A stretch of DNA of 64,000 bases from Polyangiaceae bacterium (GCA_044222475.1 JBGANF010000001.1:144391-208390), one strand, 5' to 3'. Shown: positions 20,444-31,152, counted from the stretch's first letter. Notes: generated by a model from the sequence alone, not told the origin. Program-made: numbers and translations.

Positions 20444-22681
20444 ATGCGGCGCTTCGTCGGCCTGATTGCCCTGCTCTTGTTCGGGCTGGGCGCGCTCACC
20501 GCCGCGGGGTACGCGCTCGTCGTCCGTACGACGCGGTCTTGGTTCGAGCGCGACGTCTCACTCCGCTCTCAGCTCGCGGTCGCTGCCGCCCGCGTGAGCC
20601 TGCGTGGAGCGTGGCAGGATCCGGTACAGCTCAAGGTCATCCTCGACGACATCACGCGCGACGAGCGAATCGTCGGCGCCGCGGCGTGCACCGCTACTGG
20701 GGCGGAGCTTGCATCGACGGACGGCTACCCCCACTCGTTTCCCTGCGATCAAGTCGTCGAGCGGGCGCGCACCGACGTCCCTGACGATCCCGAAAGTTGT
20801 TGGTCGACGACGGGCGATGGCGCCTCTGGAAGGACCAACCTGTGCGTGATTCGACTCCAAGCCGAGAGCGGCGCCGAGCTGGGCCGCGTCGTCCTGGTCC
20901 ACGACCTCAGCTTCGTGAGTCGCCGCGAGGAGACGACGCGAAACCTGCTCCTGTTCGCGTTCATCGTGCTCGCACTCGGAGCGTCGGCGATGACGCTGGG
21001 CGCGGCGCGCGTGGCATGGCGGGTGTGGACACGCGATCTCCAACGCGCACTGCGAGGCGACGCGCGGTTGGGGTTCCAGCCGCTCCTCCACGACGTTCGC
21101 GAGTTGGCGGAGCGACTCGCGGCCGAGCGTGATCAGGAGGCGGCCATCGGCGCGTGGAACCCTCACCGACTTCGGTCCACGTTGACGCAGTACCTGCACG
21201 GCGAGCGGATCGCCATCCTGGCCAACCGCGAGCCGTACATCCACGAGACCGCCGGAAAGGACATCCGCGTCATCCACCCGGCGAGCGGGCTCGTCACCGC
21301 GCTCGAACCGGTCATGCGCGCCTGCGGCGGCGTGTGGGTCGCCCACGGGAGCGGCTCGGCCGACCGCGCCACGGTGGACGGCAAAGACCGCGTCCGCGTC
21401 CCGCCCGGCGAGGAGTCGTACACGATCCGGCGCGTGTGGCTCACGGAAGCCGAGGAGAACGGCTACTACTACGGCTTCTCGAACGAAGGTCTATGGCCCC
21501 TCTGCCACGTCGCCCACGCACGACCTCAGTTCCGAACGGAGGACTGGAAGCAGTACGTGGCGGTGAACCGACGCTTCGCCGACGCGGTCTGCGCCGAGGT
21601 GGACTCCGACGATCCGATCATTCTGGTTCAGGACTACCACTTCGCGTTGGCGCCCCGGATGATCCGCGAGCGACTTCCACGAGCCGCGATCCTCACCTTC
21701 TGGCACATTCCGTGGCCGAACGCCGAGCGCTTCGGGATCTGCCCGTGGCGCGAGGAGATTCTCTCCGGGTTGCTGGGGTCGAGCATTCTCGGCTTTCACA
21801 CCAAGCAGCACTGCAACAACTTCATCGACTCGGTCGACGCGTTCATGGAGAGCCGCATCGACCGCGAGATGCACGCCGTCGTCCAGGGACTGCGACGCAC
21901 CCTCGTGCGTCCCTACCCGATCTCGATCGAGTGGCCGGTGCATTGGCTCGAGGGAATGGCGCCCATCGGAGAGTGCCGTGACTCCATCTTCCGCGAGCTC
22001 GGGTTGAAGGACGACGCGCTCCTCGGGGTCGGCGTCGACCGCCTCGACTACACCAAGGGGATCGAGGAGCGCCTGCTCGCCGTCGACTCACTCCTCACGC
22101 ACCATCCGCGATTTCGCGGACGCTTCACGTTCGTGCAGCTCGCGGCGCCGAGCAGGACCAAGATCTCGCGCTATCAGGAGCTCAACGACCGAGTCGAGGC
22201 GCTCGCGGAGGAGATCAACGCGAAGTGGGCGAGCGGGACGTACCGGCCCATCGTGTTGCTCCGCGCCCACCACGAGCCCCCTACGGTCTTCCGGTACTAC
22301 CGAGCAGCGGCGCTCTGCTACGTCAGCAGTCTTCACGACGGGATGAACTTGGTCGCCAAGGAGTTCGTCGCGGCCCGCGACGACGACCGCGGCGTCCTCG
22401 TTCTGAGCCAGTTCACGGGCGCGGCGCGCGACCTCACCGAGGCGCTCATCGTGAACCCTTACGACATTCGCCAGGCCGGTGACGCGCTCGCAGCGGCGCT
22501 CGACATGCCCGAGTCGGAGCAGCGTGAGCGCATGCGGTCGATGCGCCGCATCGTCGCCGAGTTCAACGTCTACCGTTGGGCGGGACGCATGCTCGTCGAC
22601 GCCGCCGAGCTTCGACGGCGGGAGCGCATGCTCGACCGTCTCACGACCCGGGATCGCACGACGGTAGCGGAGGTCGGATGA
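20444..22681 (+). CDS. otsA: Trehalose-6-phosphate synthase with an N-terminal 2-TM/periplasmic extension
   Basis: [47 protein letters not shown]. Two hydrophobic segments lie in the first 200 aa or so. Confidence 0.93.
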   Translation: MRRFVGLIALLLFGLGALTAAGYALVVRTTRSWFERDVSLRSQLAVAAARVSLRGAWQDPVQLKVILDDITRDERIVGAAACTATGAELASTDGYPHSFPCDQVVERARTDVPDDPESCWSTTGDGASGRTNLCVIRLQAESGAELGRVVLVHDLSFVSRREETTRNLLLFAFIVLALGASAMTLGAARVAWRVWTRDLQRALRGDARLGFQPLLHDVRELAERLAAERDQEAAIGAWNPHRLRSTLTQYLHGERIAILANREPYIHETAGKDIRVIHPASGLVTALEPVMRACGGVWVAHGSGSADRATVDGKDRVRVPPGEESYTIRRVWLTEAEENGYYYGFSNEGLWPLCHVAHARPQFRTEDWKQYVAVNRRFADAVCAEVDSDDPIILVQDYHFALAPRMIRERLPRAAILTFWHIPWPNAERFGICPWREEILSGLLGSSILGFHTKQHCNNFIDSVDAFMESRIDREMHAVVQGLRRTLVRPYPISIEWPVHWLEGMAPIGECRDSIFRELGLKDDALLGVGVDRLDYTKGIEERLLAVDSLLTHHPRFRGRFTFVQLAAPSRTKISRYQELNDRVEALAEEINAKWASGTYRPIVLLRAHHEPPTVFRYYRAAALCYVSSLHDGMNLVAKEFVAARDDDRGVLVLSQFTGAARDLTEALIVNPYDIRQAGDALAAALDMPESEQRERMRSMRRIVAEFNVYRWAGRMLVDAAELRRRERMLDRLTTRDRTTVAEVG

Positions 22682-23436
22682 ATCGGCTCTGCAGCGGGCC
22701 TGGCAACGAGCTCCTCGCGCAACTCGCCGCGGCGCAGCTGCTCGTCGCCTTCGACTTCGATGGGACGCTCGCGCCCATCGTCGAGGACCGGCACGACGCG
22801 AAGATGCGCGCCTCGACGCGTCGTTTTCTTCGCGTCGTATGTCACCTCTATCCGTGCGCGGTGATCTCCGGCCGCAGTCGCCAAGACGTGGCGGCGCGGC
22901 TCGAGGGGTGCCCCGTCCGCTGGATCATCGGAAATCACGGGATCGAGCCGTGGGCGAACATGCAGGTCTTCGCTCGCGCGGTCAGCACGGCGCGAGCCAC
23001 GCTCGAGCAACGCCTCGGAGATCGACAGGGGATCGACATCGAGGACAAGCAGTACTCGCTGGCCATCCACTATCGAAGGGCACGGAAGAAGAAGGAGGCC
23101 CGACGCGCCATCGAGGCCGCCGTCGCGACGCTGCCGACCCCGATGCGAGCCGTCCCGGGCAAGCTCGTCGTGAACGTGCTCCCGGAGAAAGCTCCGAACA
23201 AGGGAGATGCGTTGCTCGAGCTGCGCGACGCGGCGAAGCTCGACACCGCGATCTATCTCGGCGACGACGTGACCGACGAGGACGTCTTCGCGCTCGACGA
23301 ACCGGGGCGCATCACGACCGTGCGCGTCGGGCGCTCGAAGTTTTCCGCCGCGCGCTACTATCTGCGTGACCAGCTCGAGATGGACCGTTTCCTTCGAACT
23401 CTGATCGACCTGAGACCCCGGAGCCGCGCCACATGA
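22678..23436 (+). CDS. otsB: Trehalose-6-phosphate phosphatase
   Basis: HAD motifs FDFDGTLAPI, ISGR, NKG, GDDVTDEDVF. Overlaps otsA. Confidence 0.93.
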   Translation: MNRLCSGPGNELLAQLAAAQLLVAFDFDGTLAPIVEDRHDAKMRASTRRFLRVVCHLYPCAVISGRSRQDVAARLEGCPVRWIIGNHGIEPWANMQVFARAVSTARATLEQRLGDRQGIDIEDKQYSLAIHYRRARKKKEARRAIEAAVATLPTPMRAVPGKLVVNVLPEKAPNKGDALLELRDAAKLDTAIYLGDDVTDEDVFALDEPGRITTVRVGRSKFSAARYYLRDQLEMDRFLRTLIDLRPRSRAT

Positions 23437-23915
23437 CGCATACCTCGAGGGACCACGCACTCAAGCTCGACCCGGCGTTGGACTTCCTGCAACGCCTCTG
23501 GGCAATGAGCCACGCACTCGAGCGGCTCTCGAAGCAGATGGAACGGAGCATCGGGATCACGGCGCAGCAGCGGCTCGTCCTACGCTGCCTGGGAAAATTC
23601 CCTCGCATGACCGGCGGACAGCTCGCCGAAATGCTTCACCTCGACCCCGGCACCATATCGGCCCACCTCCGGAATCTGACCCGCAAGGGCCTCGTCGCTC
23701 GCCGGGTGGACGCGGGCGACCGGCGTCGGGTGCAGCTCGCGCTCACGGAGCGCGGCAGGGCCCTCGTAGCCGTCAAGCACGGCACCGTCGAGCACGCCGT
23801 GGAGCGGTTGATCGCTCGCGTGGGCGTTGCGCGGGTGGCGTCCACCAAGTCCACCCTCGAGGACCTTGCGGCGCTGCTCTTCGAGGAGCGACCGCTCACA
23901 CCCGTGACGCGCTGA
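23433..23915 (+). CDS. MarR family transcriptional regulator
   Basis: GITAQQ, wHTH, DRRRVQLALTERG. Confidence 0.9.
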   Translation: MTHTSRDHALKLDPALDFLQRLWAMSHALERLSKQMERSIGITAQQRLVLRCLGKFPRMTGGQLAEMLHLDPGTISAHLRNLTRKGLVARRVDAGDRRRVQLALTERGRALVAVKHGTVEHAVERLIARVGVARVASTKSTLEDLAALLFEERPLTPVTR

Positions 23916-25459
23916 TGCACCACGACGCCGCGTTCATTGCGCTCCTCGCGATTGCCGCCGGAGTCGCGCTCCTCGCCCGCTGGCTGAAGTTCCCGTACAC
24001 GGTCGCGCTGGTCATCGCTGGGCTCGTGTTGGGTGCGACGCACGTGCTGCAGGCGCCCCACCTGACGAAAGAGCTCCTGTTCTCGCTGTTTCTCCCCGGT
24101 CTGCTCTTCGAGGCCGCGTTCCACATGGACGTCCGGAAGTTCCTGCGGAACAAGATCATGATCCTGTCGCTCGCCGTCCCCGGCGTCGCGCTCAGCGTCG
24201 CGATGACGGCCAGCCTCCTCACGCCGATCGCTCCCCGGCTCCACCTGGTCGACTTCACCGCTGCAGGGGCGGTCGTCTTCGCTGCGGTGATCTCGGCCAC
24301 CGATCCGATCGCCGTTGTCGCCTTGTTTCGATCGCTCGGCGCCCCCAAGCGGCTTCGAGTCCTCATCGAAGCGGAGAGCCTTCTCAACGATGGCACGTCG
24401 GTCGTGCTCTTCACGATCGTCCTCGCCGCGGCCATGGGCGGCTCGACTTCGGTCGCGCACGGCGGACTTCATTTCGTCACCGTCGTGGGGCTCGGGGTCC
24501 TGATCGGAGGTGGTATCGGATTCGTCGCGTCCCAGGTGTTCAAGCGCGTGGACGAACCGATGATCGAGATCACGATCACGACGATCGCTGCGTACGGCAG
24601 CTTCGCCATCTCGGAGGCGCTCGGCTACTCGGGGGTCATCGCCACCGTGGTCGCGGGGATGGTGTGCGGAAACTACGGCGCGAAGATTGGGATGAGCCCC
24701 ACGACGCGCGTCGCCGTCGAGTCCTTCTGGGAGTACGTCGCGTTCGCGTTGAACTCGATCGTGTTTCTACTGATCGGGCTGGAGGTTCGCGTCGCCGATC
24801 TGCTCGCAGACTGGCGGCCGATCCTCACTGCGTGGGCGGTGGTGACGCTCTCGCGAGGCGCGCTCATCGCGCTCGTCACGCTCGCGCTCCGCCGAAGCGC
24901 CGAACGCCTCCCGTGGTCGTGGGCAGCCATCCTCACGTGGGGCGGACTCCGCGGTGGCCTGTCGATGGTTCTGGCGCTGAGCCTCCCGGCCGCGCTGGAT
25001 GGCCGCGAGTCGATCGTGACGATGACGTTCGGAGTCGTCGTCATCAGCATCCTCGTGCAGGGTCTCACGATGCCGTGGCTCATGCGTCGGCTCGGGGCGA
25101 CCAAGAAGCCCTCGAGCGAGAGTCACGATGCCCTCGTCGCCGATCGCATCGCTGCGCGCGCGGCGTTCGAGGCGCTCGCCGAGGTCGAGTCGGCCGAGGA
25201 GGCCGTCGCCAGCCGACTGCGGCGCGAGTGCCAGACTCGAACGGAGCTCGCCACCGCCGCGGTCGACGACGGGGATGCGGCATCGGCCTCGCGCGATGCG
25301 GAGCTTCACCTTCGCAAGCGGATGCTGACCGCCGAAAAGGCAGCCGTTCTCGCGGCGATGCACGACGGCGTACTGGGCGCCGACGTCGCCGAAGACTACG
25401 TGCGCGAGCTCGACGCGAAGTTGGTGGCGCTCGACGACGCCAAGCGCGAGCGAGACTGA
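23915..25459 (+). CDS. Na+/H+ antiporter, CPA1 family
   Basis: ISATDPIAV, EAESLLNDG, WGGLRG. Confidence 0.93.
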   Translation: MHHDAAFIALLAIAAGVALLARWLKFPYTVALVIAGLVLGATHVLQAPHLTKELLFSLFLPGLLFEAAFHMDVRKFLRNKIMILSLAVPGVALSVAMTASLLTPIAPRLHLVDFTAAGAVVFAAVISATDPIAVVALFRSLGAPKRLRVLIEAESLLNDGTSVVLFTIVLAAAMGGSTSVAHGGLHFVTVVGLGVLIGGGIGFVASQVFKRVDEPMIEITITTIAAYGSFAISEALGYSGVIATVVAGMVCGNYGAKIGMSPTTRVAVESFWEYVAFALNSIVFLLIGLEVRVADLLADWRPILTAWAVVTLSRGALIALVTLALRRSAERLPWSWAAILTWGGLRGGLSMVLALSLPAALDGRESIVTMTFGVVVISILVQGLTMPWLMRRLGATKKPSSESHDALVADRIAARAAFEALAEVESAEEAVASRLRRECQTRTELATAAVDDGDAASASRDAELHLRKRMLTAEKAAVLAAMHDGVLGADVAEDYVRELDAKLVALDDAKRERD

Positions 25460-25461
25460 TC

Positions 25462-25528
25462 TGTCGATCCAGACGACAGATTTGTTACAACTTTCGTTCT
25501 TATCAAATCGCCAGCGGGGCCCCATCTT
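25462..25528 (+). promoter_or_regulatory. LysR-type promoter module, copy 1
   Basis: TGTCG-N7-CGACA, N12, CTTTCG, N26, CATCTT, then RBS AAGGAGG. Confidence 0.75.
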
Positions 25529-25545
25529 GAGTGAAAGGAGGTCCC

Positions 25546-26322
25546 ATGCTCACCGTTCAGTCCAGCCCTGAGATTCCGATCTCCGTGCTCACCGATCCGG
25601 TCGAACGCGCGGCCCGAGTACCCACCGTGCTCGTCGCGGCGGCTTTCGAAGAAGGCTCCGCCGTCGCCTTGCGGCGGGGCCGCGCGCTGGCGAGAGCGCT
25701 CGACGCCACGGTGACCGTCCTCCACGTCGCCGACGACCCCGCAGCAGCGCTGCGGCTCGCGCGGCGGCGGGTCGCAGCGGCCATCGTCGACGCGGCACGC
25801 GAAACCCACGCTGCGGCGATCGTCCTCGGCGCCGCTGCCCGAGAGAGCGACGGCGACGGTGCGGTCACCGCCCACGTCATCACCCACTCCACCGTCCCCG
25901 TCCTCGTCGCGCGGCCCGAACGGCCCGGAGCCGAAATCCTGGCCGCCACGAACCTCGTCGACTCCACGCATCCCACGCTGCACGCCGCCGCCCGACTCGG
26001 CGCCAGACTCGGTGCCCGCGTGACGTTCATGCACGACATGGAAGCGGGCGGTGCCGACGTCGACGAACGACTGCACGATCTCACGTGGCTTGCGCGCTAC
26101 ATCGGCATCGACGTCGAGACGGTCGTGACCACGCAACACCGGCCCGTCGATGCCATCCTCGACGTCGCCGAGCGGCGCGATGCCGATCTCCTCGTGGTCG
26201 GCGTGAGGCACCGTCACGGCGCCGGCTCGCCGAGCACGGCGTTGACCGTGGCGCGGCGTGCGCACCGGAGCGTCCTCGTGGTTCCGCTGACGACCCTCGA
26301 GCCGACCGGGAGGCCGTCATGA
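25546..26322 (+). CDS. Universal stress protein
   Basis: ILAATNL, ADLLVVG, HRSVLVVP. Confidence 0.82.
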   Translation: MLTVQSSPEIPISVLTDPVERAARVPTVLVAAAFEEGSAVALRRGRALARALDATVTVLHVADDPAAALRLARRRVAAAIVDAARETHAAAIVLGAAARESDGDGAVTAHVITHSTVPVLVARPERPGAEILAATNLVDSTHPTLHAAARLGARLGARVTFMHDMEAGGADVDERLHDLTWLARYIGIDVETVVTTQHRPVDAILDVAERRDADLLVVGVRHRHGAGSPSTALTVARRAHRSVLVVPLTTLEPTGRPS

Positions 26323-27032
26323 CGAAGCCGACGAGTCAGTTGGAGGAGCAGCTGCGGCTCGCTCTTCTCGGTGAGCTCACCGTGGGCTTGGCGCACGACC
26401 TCCGCAACGTCCAGAACGGGCTCTACCTCCGCCTGCAGCAACTCGAGCGCATTGCCCCTTTGGCTCCGAAGGTGGCCTCCCTCGCTGCCGAGATGAAGCG
26501 CGACGTCCTGGTGGGCGTGGAGCTCCTCAATCGCGTCACCGCGTTCGGCAAGAACGCACACGCCGATCGCCCGAGCCCCGTGGACTTGAATCGCCTCACG
26601 GTCGACGCGTGTGCGCTCGCGTGCGCTCGAGTCCCGAAGGCGGGCCTCGCGCGAGCCCAGATCGTGACCGAGCTCGGCGCACCGCCGACGGTGTGCGGTC
26701 TCCGCGCCGAGATCGAGAGCGCGATTCTCAATCTTCTCGTCAACGCGGTGGACGCCGTCCCGTCGACTGGACCGATCGTCGTCCGTACCGGTGCGGCCGA
26801 GGAGCAGGTGTGGGTCGAGGTCATCGATCATGGCCCCGGATTCGAGCCCGATGCGCAAGATCACCTCTTCGAGCCCTTCCACACGACGAAGGGGGACCGC
26901 GGCTCCGGCCTCGGCCTCTCCTCGGTCGCTGCCTGCGCGCGCCGCCACGGCGGCGACGTCCACGTCTCGAGCGCACCAGGAGGCGGCGCGACGGTTCGCC
27001 TGTGCTTGGGCGAGTTCAGGAGGTCGAATTGA
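26319..27032 (+). CDS. Histidine kinase core only (HisKA + HATPase), no sensor domain
   Basis: LAHDLRN, NLLVNAVDA, DHGPG, FEPFHTTK, GSGLGL. Confidence 0.88.
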   Translation: MTKPTSQLEEQLRLALLGELTVGLAHDLRNVQNGLYLRLQQLERIAPLAPKVASLAAEMKRDVLVGVELLNRVTAFGKNAHADRPSPVDLNRLTVDACALACARVPKAGLARAQIVTELGAPPTVCGLRAEIESAILNLLVNAVDAVPSTGPIVVRTGAAEEQVWVEVIDHGPGFEPDAQDHLFEPFHTTKGDRGSGLGLSSVAACARRHGGDVHVSSAPGGGATVRLCLGEFRRSN

Positions 27033-27916
27033 TCTCCCGCGTCCGCGTCGCCGCGCTCCAGTACTTCATCCGCCCGGTCACCGCGTTCGAGCAGTTCGCC
27101 GACCAGGTCGAAGGCCTCGTGGTGACCGCTGCCGACTACAAGTGCGACGTCGTCGTCTTCCCGGAGTACTTCACGAGCCAGCTCCTCACCCTCGGGGACG
27201 TGAGGCGCCCGATCCACGAGCAGGTGCGCGACTTGCCACGCTTCGTACCGAGGTACGTCGAGCTCCTCACCCGACTCGCTCGCCGAAACGACATCTACAT
27301 CGTCGGCGGGACGATCCTCACCGGCGGCGCGGGCGAACAAGTCCACAACGAGTGCTTCGTCTTCGGTCCCCGAGGGGACCACGTCGTCCAAGGGAAGCTC
27401 CACATGACGCGCTTCGAGAGCGAGGAGTGGCGAGTCTCGCCTCGCTCCAGCGTCGAGCTGGTCGAGACGAGGTTCGGCCGGGTCGGCGTGACGGTCTGCT
27501 ACGACGTCGAGTTCCCGGAGGTCGCGCGGGCCTACGCGCGACAGGGCGTACAGGTCCTCTTCGTCCCGAGCTGCACGGACGACCGACAGGCGTTCTTGCG
27601 CGTTCGCTACTGCTCGCACGCGCGGGCGATCGAGAATCAGATCTACGTCGTCCAGTCGCCCACCGTCGGCTCGCTCCCGATGGTGCCCGCGGTGTCGCTC
27701 AACTATGGGCAAGCCGCGATCCTCACGCCGAGCGACTTCCCGTTCGCCCGCGACGGCATCCTCGCCGAAGGGATACCGAATCAGGAGACGATGGTGATCG
27801 GCGAGCTGAACATGGTGACGCTCCACGAGTCGCGAACGACCGGGACGGTTCTGCCTCTCAACGACAGCATGCGAACGAGCGAGCTCGTCGCCAAGACCAC
27901 GGTGACCTCGCTATGA
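27029..27916 (+). CDS. Carbon-nitrogen hydrolase (nitrilase superfamily)
   Basis: E-K-C triad (VFPEYF, QGKLH, VCYDVEFPE). TTG start after AGGAGG. Confidence 0.9.
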   Translation: MISRVRVAALQYFIRPVTAFEQFADQVEGLVVTAADYKCDVVVFPEYFTSQLLTLGDVRRPIHEQVRDLPRFVPRYVELLTRLARRNDIYIVGGTILTGGAGEQVHNECFVFGPRGDHVVQGKLHMTRFESEEWRVSPRSSVELVETRFGRVGVTVCYDVEFPEVARAYARQGVQVLFVPSCTDDRQAFLRVRYCSHARAIENQIYVVQSPTVGSLPMVPAVSLNYGQAAILTPSDFPFARDGILAEGIPNQETMVIGELNMVTLHESRTTGTVLPLNDSMRTSELVAKTTVTSL

Positions 27917-28599
27917 GCGCCCAAGACATCATCGTACGCCCGACCTACCAAGGCGACTTCGGCGCCGTCACGGAGCTCTGCCGACGGGTCTACCCCACAG
28001 CTCCGCCCTGGACCGAGGTCCAGCTGTCGTCCCACCTCCGGGTGTTCCCGGACGGCCAGTTCGTCGCCGTCGAACAGTCCAGCGGTCGCATCGTCGGAAT
28101 GGCAGCGAGCTTGATCGTCCGGTGGGACGACTACGACCTCACGACGAGCTGGCGCGAGTTCACCGACGCCGGCGCGTTCACGAACCACGATCCATCCGGG
28201 AAGACGCTCTATGGAGCCGAGGTCATGGTGGACCCGGAACGACAACGGCTCGGGATCGGCGCCAAGCTCTACGCCGCGCGTCGCGCGCTCGTGGAGCGCA
28301 TGGACCTCCTTCGCATCCGCGCCGGCGCGCGGCTGCGCGGGTATCACAGGTTCGCCGACGCGATGCCACCGAACGAGTACGTCGCGCGCGTCGTCAGCGG
28401 ACGAATCGTCGGCCCCACGTTGTCGTTTCAGCTCCGTGAAGGGTTCCGCGTCATTGCCGTCGTGCCGGATTACCTCCGGCATGATCCGGAGAGCCTCGGC
28501 TACGCGGCAGTCATCGAGTGGTTGCGCCACGCCGACGCACCCACCGCACGAACGGCGCCGAGCGTCCCGCCGCTCGTTCGCCCGCGGCCAGCCGCGTGA
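27913..28599 (+). CDS. GNAT N-acetyltransferase
   Basis: FPDGQFVA, LYGAEVMVDPERQRLGIGAKLY, LSFQLREGF. Confidence 0.88.
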   Translation: MSAQDIIVRPTYQGDFGAVTELCRRVYPTAPPWTEVQLSSHLRVFPDGQFVAVEQSSGRIVGMAASLIVRWDDYDLTTSWREFTDAGAFTNHDPSGKTLYGAEVMVDPERQRLGIGAKLYAARRALVERMDLLRIRAGARLRGYHRFADAMPPNEYVARVVSGRIVGPTLSFQLREGFRVIAVVPDYLRHDPESLGYAAVIEWLRHADAPTARTAPSVPPLVRPRPAA

Positions 28600-28602
28600 T
28601 CG

Positions 28603-29523
28603 TCAGGCGGGCTTGCCTCCGCTGCTGCTCCCGAGGCTGATGCGTCCCTTCTCGATCAGCGCAGCCACCGCCGGGTGCCGAACGCGACGCTCGAGCGACA
28701 CGACGTAGTAGCGCTCGACGAGCCGCTCGAACGGGCCGACGAACGACAAGCCCAGGCCGTCCTCCACCTCGCTCCGGAGCGCGGTGCGGATGGGGAGCAG
28801 CCCCTGGCCGCGCGCACCGGCGACACGCATGAGACCGGAGTCGTCGAACTCGCCGGTGACGCGCACGCGAATCCCTCGGTCGGCGAACCAGCGGTCGAGG
28901 AGCTTGCGCAGCGACGATTGGGACGTGGGCATCAGGACCGGGGCGTCGGCCAACGACTTCGGGAATCGCTTCCGGTAGCGCTTCGCCAGCGTCGGCGTCC
29001 CGTAGAGTAGAAGCTCCGACTCGCCGAGGAGGTGGGCATAGACCCGTTGCGTCGTCGCTTCCGGAGGCGCTGCGTCGGCGAGCACCAGGTGCAGCCGCCC
29101 GGTGGCGAGCTCTTCGAGGAGCCGGTCGAGCCGGTCCTGTCGGGCGACGAGCGAGCCGAAGCCGGGCGTGGCCATGCCCGGTTGGAGGAGCTTGTACGCG
29201 ACCGACTTGGGCATCGAGCTCACGATGCCGACCCGCAGTGCCTGCTTCCTCTCCAGCGAACGACCGCGGGCCACGTCGACGAGCTCGTTGCCGAGTCGGA
29301 AGATGTCGTCGGCGTACGACGCGACCTCCTCGCCCAACGGCGTCAGGACGAGCTGCCGACCCCGGCGTTCGAAGAGCTCACCGCCGAGGAAATCCTCGAG
29401 CGCTCGGAGCTGCACGCTCAGCGTCGAGTGCGTCAGTCGCAAGCGCGTCGCCGCGCGCGAGAGCCCGCCTTCGCGCGCGATGCGCCAAAAGTAGAAGAGG
29501 TGGTGAAAGTTGAGCCACTCCAT
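28603..29523 (-). CDS. nhaR: LysR family regulator, NhaR-like
   Basis: MEWLNFHHLFYFW N-terminus, GEFDDSGLM, ERRVRHPAV. Confidence 0.85.
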   Translation of the reverse strand: MEWLNFHHLFYFWRIAREGGLSRAATRLRLTHSTLSVQLRALEDFLGGELFERRGRQLVLTPLGEEVASYADDIFRLGNELVDVARGRSLERKQALRVGIVSSMPKSVAYKLLQPGMATPGFGSLVARQDRLDRLLEELATGRLHLVLADAAPPEATTQRVYAHLLGESELLLYGTPTLAKRYRKRFPKSLADAPVLMPTSQSSLRKLLDRWFADRGIRVRVTGEFDDSGLMRVAGARGQGLLPIRTALRSEVEDGLGLSFVGPFERLVERYYVVSLERRVRHPAVAALIEKGRISLGSSSGGKPA

Positions 29524-29566
29524 GTCGATCCCGGTTCGACGATCCTACAGGGTCTTCTCCTCTACA

Positions 29567-29633
29567 TGTCTCGAATATCGACAGTTCATGTGGTTCTTTC
29601 GCAATGGTGCTCAGGAGGGTTCGACCCTAGGTT
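29567..29633 (+). promoter_or_regulatory. LysR-type promoter module, copy 2 (divergent from nhaR)
   Basis: TGTCT-N7-CGACA, N12, CTTTCG, N26, TAGGTT. Confidence 0.75.
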
Positions 29634-29647
29634 GGGGACGAGCCCCA

Positions 29648-30586
29648 ATGACGTCCCCTCGCCCGACCTACCATGCGCGCCCGAAGCGAAGGCGCGAGCC
29701 AGCCCCGCGGCGCCAGCCGCCTCGGGCGCATGCATGGGTCGGCGCGCAGCGGCTCGTCGTCGGGGTCTCGTTCGATCGAGGCTCGGCGCAAGCCCTCGAG
29801 CGCGGGCACGACCTCGCCCGAGCCCTCGGCCTCGAGTTGGCGGTCGTCCACGTTCTCCCCGACGACGACGTTCGACACCGAAGCGATGCCGTGCGCCGCG
29901 CCTTCGCGAGCGCCACTCGAACGGCGATTCAACGTTGGGCGCTCTCCTCGTGTGCGATCGCTCTTCCCACGGACACCATTCGCCTCCGCTTCGGTGACGT
30001 CGCCGACCACCTCCTCCACGTGACCCGCCGCCATTCGGGTGAGCTTCTCGTCATCGGTGGTCGAACGGACGACGGGTTCGCTCCCGGTTCGCGCGCTCTG
30101 CAGATCGCTCGCCAATCCCTTCGGCCTGTCTTGCTCGCCGGTCCGCGGACGGGAGCGCGGCAGATCGTCGCCGCCACGGACCTCGCGAGCGAGGGCATTC
30201 CCGTCGTGCGGAGCGCGGCGGAGTACGCGAGACGCCTTTGCCGACGGGTCTCGGTCGTCCACAACGTCGTCCACGACTCCCAACCGACGTTCCTCGCACC
30301 GATCGAGCGCGACTCCCTGGCGGAGAACCTCGACCGGCTTCGCTCGATCGTCCGAGAGCTCGACGCGGTGGACGACGCGACCGTCACGCGCGAAGACGTC
30401 GCGGCCGCCGGCATCCTCCGCATCGCCCGCGTTCGCGACGCCGACATCGTCGTCGTGGGCGTACGGCCTGACGTCGGCTCGACGAGCTGGAGCATCCTCG
30501 CGTCGGCGCAGCGCTCGATCCTCCTGGTCCCGCTACCTCCTCAATCCGCCGTCGAGCGACCGTCGCTCGAGACAGGAGCGTCATGA
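29648..30586 (+). CDS. Universal stress protein
   Basis: IVAATDL, ADIVVVG, QRSILLVP. Confidence 0.82.
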   Translation: MTSPRPTYHARPKRRREPAPRRQPPRAHAWVGAQRLVVGVSFDRGSAQALERGHDLARALGLELAVVHVLPDDDVRHRSDAVRRAFASATRTAIQRWALSSCAIALPTDTIRLRFGDVADHLLHVTRRHSGELLVIGGRTDDGFAPGSRALQIARQSLRPVLLAGPRTGARQIVAATDLASEGIPVVRSAAEYARRLCRRVSVVHNVVHDSQPTFLAPIERDSLAENLDRLRSIVRELDAVDDATVTREDVAAAGILRIARVRDADIVVVGVRPDVGSTSWSILASAQRSILLVPLPPQSAVERPSLETGAS

Positions 30587-31131
30587 CGAGAACATCTCGC
30601 GTTGGGTGCAGTCTCTTCGTCGTCCTCGGTCTCTCCGCGGGAACGATGGCGTGCGGCAACGCCAAGCCTCCATCGACGGCGACCGACGTCGCCCCGCCCG
30701 CGCCATCCACGGCGTCGGTCGCCGTCACTCCACCGTCGACGGGTGACTCCGTCGTCATCGACCAAGCCGTGTTGGCCAAATGCGGCATCGCATCGACCGA
30801 GCAAGCACCGCAGTTCGCCTTCAACTCCGCCGACCTCGTCGACCAAGGTCGGAGCATGCTCGACACGCTCGCGCAGTGCATGCTCGACGGCCCCCTTCGG
30901 GGAAAGCGGCTCCAACTCGTCGGTCGCGCGGACCCGCGCGGAGAGGACGAGTACAACATGGCTCTCGGCAGCAGCCGCGCCGAGGCGGTCGCTTCGTACC
31001 TCCACGACCGCGGCGTGCCGCTCGAACAGCTCAGCCTGACGTCTCGCGGGAAGCTGGACGCCCGAGGAACCGACGAGCAAGGCTGGGCGCTCGACCGCCG
31101 GGTCGACGTCGCGCTCCGCCCGTCCTCCTAG
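30583..31131 (+). CDS. OmpA/Pal-like peptidoglycan-binding lipoprotein
   Basis: Lipobox-like MAC, FAFNS, GRADPRG..YNMALGSSRA, DRRVD. Confidence 0.9.
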   Translation: MTRTSRVGCSLFVVLGLSAGTMACGNAKPPSTATDVAPPAPSTASVAVTPPSTGDSVVIDQAVLAKCGIASTEQAPQFAFNSADLVDQGRSMLDTLAQCMLDGPLRGKRLQLVGRADPRGEDEYNMALGSSRAEAVASYLHDRGVPLEQLSLTSRGKLDARGTDEQGWALDRRVDVALRPSS

Positions 31132-31152
31132 AACATCGCGGCCCCGGCGACG

